A stretch of 64,000 nt of DNA from NCBI GenBank assembly GCA_963718825.1, contig CAVQZZ010000002.1, positions 2,850,348 through 2,914,347 on the forward strand. Direction: 5' to 3'. This document shows, piece by piece, positions 33,960 through 43,996 of this stretch. The notes below the pieces were generated by a model. That model worked only from the letters and a program-made list of their open reading frames with translations. It had not been told where the DNA came from and did not search any database. How positions within the stretch are numbered: the first letter of the stretch is position 1; the number at the start of each line of letters is the position of its first letter. The translations under genes and the position numbers were made by a program. This DNA is from an uncultured Acidobacteriota bacterium. Its GTDB lineage: Bacteria; Acidobacteriota; Vicinamibacteria; Vicinamibacterales; CAVVIG01.

Positions 33960-36408
33960 ATGCGTGTCGCGGTGGGGACATTGTGCGCCGCTATCGCTGT
34001 GCTCGGGCGAGTGGCTCACGGCCAGGTGGCGCGGCGCACATCCGCCGGTCAGCCGGTTCCGGCCATGGCCAGCGCCCACCGATCCGCCACGCTGTCGCCC
34101 GAGTCGCAGAAGGCGCTGATCAACGAGTACCTGTGCCGGCTGCCACGACGATGACGGGAAGGCCGGTGGTCTGTCGCTCAACGACTTCGATCCGGCGCAC
34201 GCGGACAAACAGGCGGCGGTCGCCGAGAAAATGATTCGCAAGCTGCGCGCCGGCATGATGCCGCCGCCGGCCGCGACGACTCGGCCAGATCCGGCAACCG
34301 TGGTGGCATTCGCCGAAGCGCTCGAGAACACGATCGATGCCGCGGCCGTGCGTCATTCGAATCCGGGCTGGCGGCCGTTCCAGCGTTTGAATCGCGCGGA
34401 GTACGCGCGGGCCGTTCGCGACCTGCTCGACGTGGACGTCGATCCTTACCGCGTTCCTGCCGCCCGACACGATCAGCAATGGGTTCGACAACGTCGCCGA
34501 CGCGCAGACGTTTTCGCCCGCGCTGATGGAAGGCTATCTGCGCGCGGCCAGCAAGGTCACGTCGCTCGCGCTCGGCGACGTCGAGCTGACGCCGAGCGAA
34601 GCGAGCTACAAGCTGCCCAAGACGGCTTCGCAGCTGCAGCGCGCGGACGGCGCGCCGCTCGGCACGCGCGGCGGGGTTTCGGTCGTGCATACGTTTCGCG
34701 GCCGACGGCGACTATGTGTTCAGGATGGATCTCTTCGCCGAGCCGCTCGGGCTCCTCTATGGCAGCACCGCGAAAGGCGAGCAGCTCGAAGTATCCATCG
34801 ACGGCGAGCGGGTCGCGTTCTTCGACATCGACCCTCGCATGAGCGAGCAGAAGAGCGGGCTGTCGCTGAAAACGCCGCCCGTTCACGTGAAGGCCGGCGA
34901 GGCGCGCGTGACGGCGGCGTTCGTCCAGCGCTTCGAGGGACCGATCAACGATCTCATCGCGCCGATCGATCACACGCTTGCGGACACCGAGATCGGCACT
35001 GCGTACGGCATCACGACGTTGCCGCACTTGCGCTCGCTCAATATCGTCGGTCCCATGCGCGTGACTGGCGTGTCGGAGACGCCGAGCCGGCACCGGGTGT
35101 TCATCTGCCGGCCGACCTCCGCCGATACGGCGTCGAGCTGCGCGGCCGAAATCGTCAGGACGCTTGCGACGCGCGCCTTCCGCGGTCCTGTGAGCACGGG
35201 CGACTTTGCCAGGCTGATGCGCTTCTACGAAGCCGGCCGCGAGACGCATGACTTCGAGTACGGCGATCGCACGCGCGGTCGAAGCGATCCTGGCGAGCCC
35301 GCAATTCCTCTTCCGCCTCGAGCCGCCGCCGTCCACGCGCGACGCCTGGGCAGCCGGTACCGAGTAACCGATCTGGAGCTCGCGTCGCGGCTGTCGTTTT
35401 TCATTTGGGACACCGGACCGGACGCCGACCTGCTGACGCGCGCGGCTCAGGGGACGCTTGGCGCGCCTGAAGTGCTCGCGAAACAGGTGACGCGGATGCT
35501 CGCCAGCCCGAAGGCGGAGGCGCTCGCGTCGCGTTTCGCCGCGCAGTGGCTGCGCCTGCAGGACCTCGACAAGGTGCATGCCCGATCCCATTCAGTATCC
35601 CTACTACGACAAGACGCTCGGCGACGCGTTCAAGCGTGAAACGGAGCTGTTCTTCAACAGCCTGATTCGGGAAGATCGCAGCGCGCTCGATCTGTTGAAC
35701 GCTGATTACACGTTCGCCAACGAGCGCATCGCGCGGCATTACGGCATCCCGGGCGTCAGCGGAAACGAGTTCCGGCGCGTGGCGCTTCCGGAGAATCGTC
35801 GCGGCATTCTCGGCCATGGCAGCGTGCTTACGCTGACGTCGAACCCCGACCGTACTTCGCCGGTGCAGCGCGGCAAATGGGTGCTCGAAGTGCTGCTCGG
35901 CTCACCACCACCACCGCCGCCGCCGAATGTGCCATTGCTCGACGCGACGAGCGCGACGGCCGGCGGGAAGATGCTGTCGGTCAGGCAGCGCATGGAAGAA
36001 CATCGCGCGAGCCCAGCGTGCTCATCGTGCCATCGCATGATCGATCCGATCGGCCTGTCGCTCGAGAATTTCGATCCGACCGGGAAGTGGCGAATCAAAG
36101 ACGGCGAGTCGGCGGTTGATTCACGCGGCGTGCTCTACGACGGCACGATCATGGACGGCCCGGCAGGTCTCCGGGACGCGCTGCTGAAGCATCAGGATGT
36201 CGTGCTTCGTGCGTTTACGGAGAGCTTGATGACGTACGCGCTCGGACGGCGCGTCGAAGCGGCGGACATGCCCGCGGTCCGTGCGATCGTCCGAAGCGCG
36301 GCATCGAACGATTACCGGATGTCGTCCTTCATCCAGGGCGTGGTTGCGAGCAGCGCGTTCCGCATGAGTGCCTGGAACCTGAGACGTACTGATCAGGGAA
36401 TCTGGTAA
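33960..36408 (+). CDS. DUF1592/1588/1587/1585/1595 (PSD-type) diheme protein, copy 1 (split)
   Basis: Signal peptide; CAGCH across an indel; KLRAGMMPP; RLNRAEY; LASRLSFFIW; RTSPVQRGKWV; CSSCH...DPIGLSLENFD. Confidence 0.88.
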
Positions 36409-36503
36409 TTTGGGAATCTGGTGATCGGGTGATTGATTGGCCAATCGATCAATCAATCATCCAATCAATCACCCAATCATCAGATCATCCAATCGCCAGA
36501 TTC
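36391..36503. repeat. Octamer inverted tandem repeat element (same family as 13165-13254)
   Basis: GAATCTGG TAATTTGG GAATCTGG TGATCGGG TGATTGATTGG | CCAATCGATCAATCA ATCATCCA ATCAATCACCCA ATCATCAG ATCATCCA ATCGCCAGATTC. Confidence 0.9.
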
Positions 36504-36513
36504 GAGGTAAGTG

Positions 36514-37911
36514 ATGTTTCTGACCGGCAAGCACCTGTCTCGGCGCGCTGTGCTGAAGGGAATGGGTGTGACCGCGGCGTTGCCGTTTCTCGAAGCGATG
36601 ATTCCGGCCGGCAAGGTGTGGGCAAGCGCCGCGTCGCCGAAAACGCGGCTGATCGCGATCGAAATGGTGCACGGGGCGGCTGGTAGCACCGTGTTCGGCC
36701 TGAAGAAGAACATGTGGTCGCCATCGGCGGTCGGCCGTGAGTTCGATCTCGCCGGCACCAGCCTCACGCCGCTCGAGCCGTTTCGGGATGCGCTGACGAT
36801 CGTGAGCAACACCGACTGTCGGAGCGCCGAGGCGTTTGCCGCGTCTGAAATCGGTGCCGATCACTTCCGATCGTCGGCGGTGTACCTCACGCAGACGCAT
36901 CCGAAACAGACGCAGGGATCGGACGTTCTCGCGGGCACCTCGCTCGACCAGATATACGCCGCTCGCGTCGGCCATGAGACGCCGATTCCGTCGATGCAGC
37001 TGTGCATCGAGAACATCGACCAGGCCGGCGGCTGCTCGTACAACTATTCCTGCGTCTATACCGACTCGATCAGCTGGGCGTCGCCGACCCAGCCGCTCCC
37101 GATGATCAGGATCCGCGGGTCGTATTCGATCAGCTGTTCGGCGTCGGTGCGACGCCGGAGGCGCGGCTCGCGCGGCGGCGCCAGGACCGCAGCATCCTCG
37201 ATTGGGTGACCGACGCCGTCGGCGAGCTGAAGCTCACGCTCGGTCCTGCGGACCGCGCTCGTCTCGGCGACTACCTCGATGACGTCCGTGAGATTGAGCG
37301 GCGCATTCAGAACGTTGAGGCATACAACGCGAGCGGAGAGCCGCGTGAGTTGCCCGCTGCGCCGATCGGCGTGCCCGACTCGTTCGAGGAGCACGTGAAG
37401 CTGATGTTCGATCTGCAGGCGGTGGCCTTTGCGTCCGACACGACCCGTGTGTTCGCGTTGAAGTTGAGCCGCGACGTGTCCAATCGCGTTTTTCCGGGCA
37501 GCGGCTCGAGCTCCGCCTTCCACACGATCTCCCATCATCAGGAAAAAGAGGACAAGATCGCCGAGTTCCAGAAGATCAACACCTATCACGTGAGCCTGGT
37601 GCCCTACCTGCTGAACAAGCTGCGGAATACTCCGGACGGCGAAGGCACGCTCCTCGACAACAGCCTCGTCATCTACGGATCGCCGATGGGCGATTCGAAT
37701 CTGCACAATCACAAACGATGTCCGCTATTTCTGGCCGGCCGCGCGGGCGGACGGCTCAAAGGCAACGTTCACGTAAAGGCCGCCGACGGTGCGCCGATGG
37801 CCAACGCCATGCTCGCCGCGCTGCACGCGCTCGGCGCCGACGACATCGAGCGCTTTGGCGACAGCACGACGCCACTCGATCTCACAGGCGGATCGGAGAG
37901 CGTACAGATGA
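36514..37911 (+). CDS. DUF1552 protein with Tat-type leader, copy 1 (indel near 37110)
   Basis: SRRAVLKG, LPFLEAM, EMVHGAAG, ADHFRSSAV, YSCVY, FHTISHH, PMGDSNLHNH and FGDST motifs. Confidence 0.9.
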
Positions 37912-39630
37912 ACATGCGCACGGCGACTGTCGACAGCGGCGTGCGTCGGTCTCGTGGCGGTTCTCGCGCTGCCGGTCTGGTTCGCGCGGCGGCCCGTGCG
38001 CCGGTCGCCGACGCGGCCGAGCGCGGCGATGCGAGCACGATTCATGCGCTGCTGAAGCAGGGCGCCGACGTCAGCGCGGCCCAGCCGGACGGCATGACCG
38101 CGCTGCATTGGGCGGCGCTGCGCGGCGACGCCGACCTCACCTCGATGCTGCTCTTCGCGGGCGCCAACGTCCGCGCAACGACGCGTCTCGGCTCGTACAC
38201 GGCGCTGCACCTCGCGAGCCGCGCCGGAAACGCGGCGCATGATGAAGGCGCTTCTCGACGGCGGCGCCGACCTGAAAGCGCGCACATCCACCGGCGCGAC
38301 GCCGCTGATGCTCGCGGCAGAAACCGGCGGCACGGACGCGGTGAAGCTGCTGCTCGATCTCGGCGCCGACGCGAATGCGAAGGAGTCGACCTACGGTCAA
38401 ACCGCGCTGATGTTCGCCGCAGCGCTCGACCGAGCCGACGTCGTCGCCCTGCTCGCGGCGCGTGGAGCCGATCCGAACATCGCGTCGGCCTTCACGGGAT
38501 CTGAAAGCCCTCGCGGTGCCCGAGCCTCCGACGGCCGGCCAGTCGGCGCGGCTGCTCGCCGAAGCGGCCCCGCCGGAGGCCAAGCCGGCGGACCCGAAAG
38601 CGCCCAAGCCACCGGACGTCGCCGGCGTCACGCGGCCGTTTCGATACAACGAGTTGATTGGCGCGCAGGGCGGCCTTACGCCGCTGCATTTCGCAGCGCG
38701 GCAGGGCGGCCTGAGGTCGGCTCGCGCTCTCGTCGACGCCGGCGCGAACGTCAACGCCGCGAGCCCCGCCGATCAGACCACGCCGCTCCTGGCCGCGACG
38801 ATCAACGGCCAGTTCGATCTGGCGAGGTATCTGCTCGACCACGGCGCCGACCCGAATCTCGCGAGCGACGCCGGCGCGACGCCGCTATACGCCGTCGTGA
38901 ACGTACAGTGGGCGCCGAAGGCGGCCTATCCGCAGCCGCGCGCGCATCTGCAGCAGCAGTGTTCGTATCTCGACCTGATGCGGGCGCTGCTCGATCACGG
39001 CGCCGACCCGAACGTCGCGGATCAACCGGAAGATCTGGTATTCGAGCTACAACTTCGATCAGTCGAGCGTCGACGAGGCGGGCGCGACGGCGTTCTGGCG
39101 TGCGGCATATGCTGCGGACGTCGACGCGATGCGGCTGCTTGTGTCCTCCGGAGCCGATCGCGCGGCTCCCGACCATCAAGGCCCCTGAACGCCGCGACCC
39201 CGACAGTCCCGATGCGGCTGCCGATGTTTCCGCCGTGCCGCCGCTGCCGATCGGGGGTCCCAACATGTCGCCGCTCCTCGCCGCCGCGGGCCCCGGCTAC
39301 AGCAAGGGCTTCGCCGGCAACTCGCACCACGTCGCGCCCGGCGGAATGCTGGCGGCCGTGAAGTACCTCGTCGAGGAATGCCAGGCGGACGTGAACGCGG
39401 TTGACGCGGAAGGCAACACGGCGATTCACAACGCCGCGTCGCGAGGCGACAGCGAGATGATTCTGTATCTCGTCTCGAAAGGCGCGAACGTCAAAGCGGT
39501 GAATCGCCACGGGCAGACCACCGTTGACGTTGCGAATGGTCCGGTGCAGCGCGTCCAGCCGTTTCCCGAGACGATCGCCCTGCTCGAGAAGCTTGGCGCG
39601 AAGAACAATCACAAGTGCGTGTCGTGTTAA
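37908..39630 (+). CDS. Secreted ankyrin-repeat protein, copy 1 (split)
   Basis: GMTALHWAA, TPLMLAA, QTALMFAA and TPLHFAAR repeats; ends ANGPVQRVQPFPETIALLEKLGAKNNHKCVSC*. Confidence 0.9.
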
Positions 39631-39650
39631 CGGTCCGCTGACCACCCGCG

Positions 39651-40922
39651 CTACGGGCTGGTCCAAATGGCGGGCAGGCCCTGCTTCGTCTCCTTCACAA
39701 TCTCCAGGATCGCGCGTCGGTCGGCGCTGCTGATCCGCGCGGCCGCTGAACCATCGCCACTTGTCAGACTCTCGTGCAGGCGCCGGTAGATGCGCATGCG
39801 CGTGGCGTCGGGCAGCGCGTCGAACGCCGCGCTGTAGATCAGGTAGCTCAATGGATATCTGAACAGGCGCGTACGAAGGTCGAAGTCGCGCAGCGACCGT
39901 CCGCGTCGATCGCGTGGGCCTCGTTCGCTGAACGTGCGCGTGAACGACGAAACCCCTTCCACGGGGTCCTTCAACGGCGCTTCGCCGGCAAACAACATAT
40001 ACGCGACGAGATCCTCGATGTCCGCATCCAATCCCGCGCGCGTCCGATCGTCGCCGGCGCCTTCCCGGGCCGCCATTTTCGCTTCCCAGCTCACGCGCGT
40101 GAGCAGATTGATCATTTGCGTCTGATGCTCGAACGTCATCAGCGCGACGATGTCGCTCGTCGCGGCGGGGTAGGAAGCCAGGTCGAACAGTCCGGCCAGC
40201 GTCGAGAGATTTTGCCGCGACTCGCGCACGAGCGACTCTGCGTCTTCCGGGTCCAGCGTGGTCGCATTGGCCCGATCGACCTGCTCGCCGCGTCTCGCCG
40301 TCACGTACCAGCCGCCCCAGCGATCGCGGAACGGCGTGCGATGGTCCGTGATGATGGCGCTCGCGTCGTGGAGCGGCGCGCCCGATGGCCCGGGGACGAC
40401 CGACCCGACATAGATGCCGGGCACGCCCGCCGTGTTCGGGCCTTGATGGCAGCGCAAGCAGGTCTCCCCGTGAGCGAGCGTCGGCCTGCCGCCTGCGGCA
40501 ATCGGCATCGTGTAGAACACCGGACCCTGCCGAGGGTCGGTGGCGGTGATCTCAATTGTCGGAGAACCCGGCACATACGCCACCGCGACATCGTCGTTGA
40601 AATAAATCGCGCGCGGCTTGTCGGGCGACACGCGCGGCGCCTGAATGCTCGTTTTCGAGAAGACGAGCATTTGCGAATTGGTGTTTATGCCGAGGCGCTC
40701 CAGTACTGCGGGCACGACGCCAATCGGCCCCGGTCGAGCCTGGAGCGTCGCGCCTTTTTCGATTTCGTGAGCGAGCCGCGCCGCCGCATCGTCGAGCGGA
40801 GCGCGGGCGTAGCGAATGGCGGGATCGTCGATTCGAAGGTTGGCCTTGTAGTCCTGCGCGACGAAAGCCGGGGCGCCGAGTGCGAGCAGCAACAGCGCGC
40901 ACGCGACCGACCGATTCTTCAT
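39651..40922 (-). CDS. Secreted monoheme c-type hypothetical protein
   Basis: Signal peptide MKNRSVACALLLLALG; LVFSKTS, PRAIYFND, CLRCH, RWGGWYVT and SDIVALMTFEHQ motifs. Confidence 0.8.
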   Translation of the reverse strand: MKNRSVACALLLLALGAPAFVAQDYKANLRIDDPAIRYARAPLDDAAARLAHEIEKGATLQARPGPIGVVPAVLERLGINTNSQMLVFSKTSIQAPRVSPDKPRAIYFNDDVAVAYVPGSPTIEITATDPRQGPVFYTMPIAAGGRPTLAHGETCLRCHQGPNTAGVPGIYVGSVVPGPSGAPLHDASAIITDHRTPFRDRWGGWYVTARRGEQVDRANATTLDPEDAESLVRESRQNLSTLAGLFDLASYPAATSDIVALMTFEHQTQMINLLTRVSWEAKMAAREGAGDDRTRAGLDADIEDLVAYMLFAGEAPLKDPVEGVSSFTRTFSERGPRDRRGRSLRDFDLRTRLFRYPLSYLIYSAAFDALPDATRMRIYRRLHESLTSGDGSAAARISSADRRAILEIVKETKQGLPAIWTSP

Positions 40923-42616
40923 TACCGGCCGGGTTTCTTCTCCGCCGGCTTTTCGGCTTTCGTGTTGTTCACACATGCGGTCGAACGGCAGTCGTGCGAA
41001 TTCTCCGAGCCCATCGCTTCGAGGAGCGCGAGTGTCTCCGGATGGAGCAGCGATTTCTCGCGCGGCCCGTTGGCCATGTCGGCCACGCTGTCGCCGGTGC
41101 CCTCCGGCACGTCTTCTGCGCCCTGCGTCCCACCCAGACGGCCGCTCGCGCGGGCCTTCACGTCGGCGCCTTTCGCGACGAGATATTTCACCAGCTCGTT
41201 GTCGCCGACGTACGCCGCGCCGTGCAGCGTCGTGTAGCGCTTGTCGTCCTTGCTGTTCACGTTGGCATGCAGTTCGTCAACGAGGTACTTCACGGCCGCC
41301 ACACGCGAATCGGGACAGATGTTCGTCCCCTGATACTCGAAGCCAACGCCGGCCGCGACCATCAGAGGCGTATTGCCGTGTGTCGTGGGAATGTTCGGAT
41401 CGGCGCCCCTTGCAGCCAACAGACGCATCGCCGCCACGTCGTTCGCCTGTGCGGCGCGCCAGAACGCCGTCGCGCCGATCGGTTCGACCCAGTCGTCGCC
41501 GTACCGGAACTTGCGGAACCACAGCTTCCGCGCGAGCCTGAAGTTGATGTCGGCGCCGTGATCCAGCAGCTCGGTCATGAAGTCGAGGTAACCGGTCTTT
41601 TCCTGCTCGATCGTCGGCTGCGGGTACCACGTGTTGTGCCGCCAGCGCATGTCGATCGTCGCGTAGAGCGCCGTCAGACGATCGATGTTCGCGATTTTCG
41701 GATCGGCGCCGTGGTCGAGCAGGTACTTGGCGAGATCGAGATGGCCGTTGATGATCGCCTCGACCATCGGGGACGTCTGTTCGCCGCCGCTCACCAGGTT
41801 GACGTCGGCGCCGCCGTCGAGGAGCGCTCGCACGGCGTCGAAATGGCCCTCGCGGGCCGCGAAGTGCAGCGCCGTCATGCCGCCGACCACGGTCGCGCCG
41901 AAGACGCGCTCGTCGTTGCTTCGCTGGATCGGCGTGCCGTCTCTGTTGAACCCGACGCCCGGCAGCTTCTCCTGCTCTGCCGCCGCTTTCGCTTCGGCTT
42001 CAGGCAACGGATCGCCGTTCGCATCCACGCGCACCCGTTTCAGCGTCACGACCTTCGTCGTCGCGGACGGATCCGCTTTCTTGGCGAGCAGCAGCTTCAC
42101 GGCGTCCGCGCTGTTGCGCGCGGCCGCGAACATCAGCGCGGTCTGCCCGTTGGTGACGTCTTTTGCGTTCGGGTCCGCGCCTGCGTCGAGCAGCAGGGCG
42201 ACGGTCGGTCCATTTCCTGACGATGCGGCGGTCATGAGGACGGTCGTGCCGTTGGTGTTCGATTCGGTGGCGCTGGCGCCCGCTTTCAGCAGCGCCCCGA
42301 CGATCTGCGCATTGCCCGCCTTCGCGGCCAGGAAGAGCGGGCTCATGCCGCCGATCCGCGTCACGGCTTTTACGCTCGCGCCGGCCTTGAGCAGCGCGTC
42401 GGCGAGCGCAGCGTCGCCGTTGCTCGCGGCCCAGTGCAGCGCCGTGCTGCCATCGCCGTCGGCGGCGTTCACGTCGACACCCTGGGTGATCAACGCACGG
42501 GCGGTCGAGGCGTCGCGCGCCTTCACCGCTTCAACCAGCCGTGTGTCGGCAGGCGCGGCTGACGCCAGCGTCGCCATGAGCAGGCCGGCGCCGAAGACGA
42601 TCGTGATCTTTTTCAT
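40922..42616 (-). CDS. Secreted ankyrin-repeat protein, copy 2
   Basis: Signal peptide MKKITIVFGAGLLMATLASA; repeated TALHWAA/TALMFAA/TALHFAA; ends ANGPREK...ETLALLEAMGSENSHDCRSTAC. Confidence 0.92.
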   Translation of the reverse strand: MKKITIVFGAGLLMATLASAAPADTRLVEAVKARDASTARALITQGVDVNAADGDGSTALHWAASNGDAALADALLKAGASVKAVTRIGGMSPLFLAAKAGNAQIVGALLKAGASATESNTNGTTVLMTAASSGNGPTVALLLDAGADPNAKDVTNGQTALMFAAARNSADAVKLLLAKKADPSATTKVVTLKRVRVDANGDPLPEAEAKAAAEQEKLPGVGFNRDGTPIQRSNDERVFGATVVGGMTALHFAAREGHFDAVRALLDGGADVNLVSGGEQTSPMVEAIINGHLDLAKYLLDHGADPKIANIDRLTALYATIDMRWRHNTWYPQPTIEQEKTGYLDFMTELLDHGADINFRLARKLWFRKFRYGDDWVEPIGATAFWRAAQANDVAAMRLLAARGADPNIPTTHGNTPLMVAAGVGFEYQGTNICPDSRVAAVKYLVDELHANVNSKDDKRYTTLHGAAYVGDNELVKYLVAKGADVKARASGRLGGTQGAEDVPEGTGDSVADMANGPREKSLLHPETLALLEAMGSENSHDCRSTACVNNTKAEKPAEKKPGR

Positions 42617-43983
42617 ATCGCCACCTCGCCCGTGCTGTCGCCGATCGCGTCCTGTTCGATGCCCAGCTTGTGCAGCATCGTCAAGAGCACGTTTGCGTAA
42701 GGCGTTTCGTCCTTGCATCTCACGTGCAGGTTGCCTTTGAGCTGGCCGTTCGCGTGACCCGCGAGCAGAACCGGCAGCCGGCGATGCGTGTGCACGTTCG
42801 AATCGCCCATCGGGCTGCCCCACAGCACGAGCGAATGATCGAGGAGGTTGCCATCGCCGTCAGGCGTATCGCGCAGCTTCTGAAGGAAATATGGCAACAG
42901 GGACATGTGGTACACGTTGAGCTTCGCGTACTCGTAAATTTTCGACGCGATCGATCCGTGGTGCGACATCGCGTGGAACGGCGCCTTGATGCCGCTTTCC
43001 GGAAACACACGGTTGCTGGTGTCGCGGCTCAATTTGAAAGAGGACACGCGCGTGACCTCCGACGAGAATGCCAGCACCTGCAGGTCGAACATCAGCTTGA
43101 CGTGCTCTTCCCACGAATCAGGAACGCCGATGGGCGCCGTTGGCAGCGCGCGCTCGTCGCCGCTCGCGTTGCGCTGCTCGATTTTTTCGATGCGGCGCTC
43201 GATTTCCCGCACGCTGTCGAGATAACTGTTGAGGCGATTTCGATCGCCGGCGCCAAGCTGCTGGCGGAAGCGCGAGATCTCGCGCGTGATGCCGTCGAGG
43301 ATGCTGCGGTTCGCACGCTGGCGGGCGGCGCGCTCGGCGGCGGTGCCGCCCTCGCCGAACAGGTTCTCGAACGCCATTCGCGGATCGATCGTCATCGGCA
43401 TCGGCGTGGTCGGCGAGGACCAGCTGATCGGTCCGGAGTAGACGCACGCGTAGTTGAACCCGCAGGTGCCGGCGGCGTCCACGTTCTCGATTGCAAGCTG
43501 CAGCGACGGCAGCGGCGTGTCGTCGCCGAACCGCTGCGCATAGAGCTGATCGATCGACGTGCCGGCGCGGACATCCGATCCTTCCGTCTGTTTCGGGTGC
43601 GCCGCGGTCAGGAACACCGCGCTCGATCGGAAGTGGTCGGCGCCTTCTTCGGCCGCGGACCACGCTTCGGCGGCCCGCAGGTCCGTTTGCGTGACGACGG
43701 TGACGTAGTCGCGATAGGGCTCGAGCGGCTTCAGGATCATCGTGAAGTCGAAATCGGCCCCCTCTTTTTCCGGCACCCAGTAGTGCTTCTCGAGCCCTTC
43801 CTGCGTGCTGCCAGCCGATCCATGCACCATCTCGATGCATGCGAGCCGCGTTTTCGGAGCAGCCACGGTTTTTCGCAGGAGCGTCTGCGCCGGCACCATC
43901 GCGTCGAGAAAGGGCAGCGCCATGGTCGCGCCCATTCCTCGAAGAACGGTGCGCCGCGACACGTGCTTTTTGGTGATGAACAT
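42613..43983 (-). CDS. DUF1552 protein with Tat-type leader, copy 2
   Basis: SRRTVLRG, EMVHGSAG, ADHFRSSAV, YACVY, FHAMSHH, PMGDSNVHTH and IGDSTG motifs; intact ORF. Confidence 0.93.
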   Translation of the reverse strand: MFITKKHVSRRTVLRGMGATMALPFLDAMVPAQTLLRKTVAAPKTRLACIEMVHGSAGSTQEGLEKHYWVPEKEGADFDFTMILKPLEPYRDYVTVVTQTDLRAAEAWSAAEEGADHFRSSAVFLTAAHPKQTEGSDVRAGTSIDQLYAQRFGDDTPLPSLQLAIENVDAAGTCGFNYACVYSGPISWSSPTTPMPMTIDPRMAFENLFGEGGTAAERAARQRANRSILDGITREISRFRQQLGAGDRNRLNSYLDSVREIERRIEKIEQRNASGDERALPTAPIGVPDSWEEHVKLMFDLQVLAFSSEVTRVSSFKLSRDTSNRVFPESGIKAPFHAMSHHGSIASKIYEYAKLNVYHMSLLPYFLQKLRDTPDGDGNLLDHSLVLWGSPMGDSNVHTHRRLPVLLAGHANGQLKGNLHVRCKDETPYANVLLTMLHKLGIEQDAIGDSTGEVAI

Positions 43984-43996
43984 CTGAATCGCTCTC

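Noticed and set aside
36391..36503. CRISPR array (also considered for 13165-13254)
   Set aside because: Units are 8 nt, degenerate and inverted, with no unique spacers and no cas genes.
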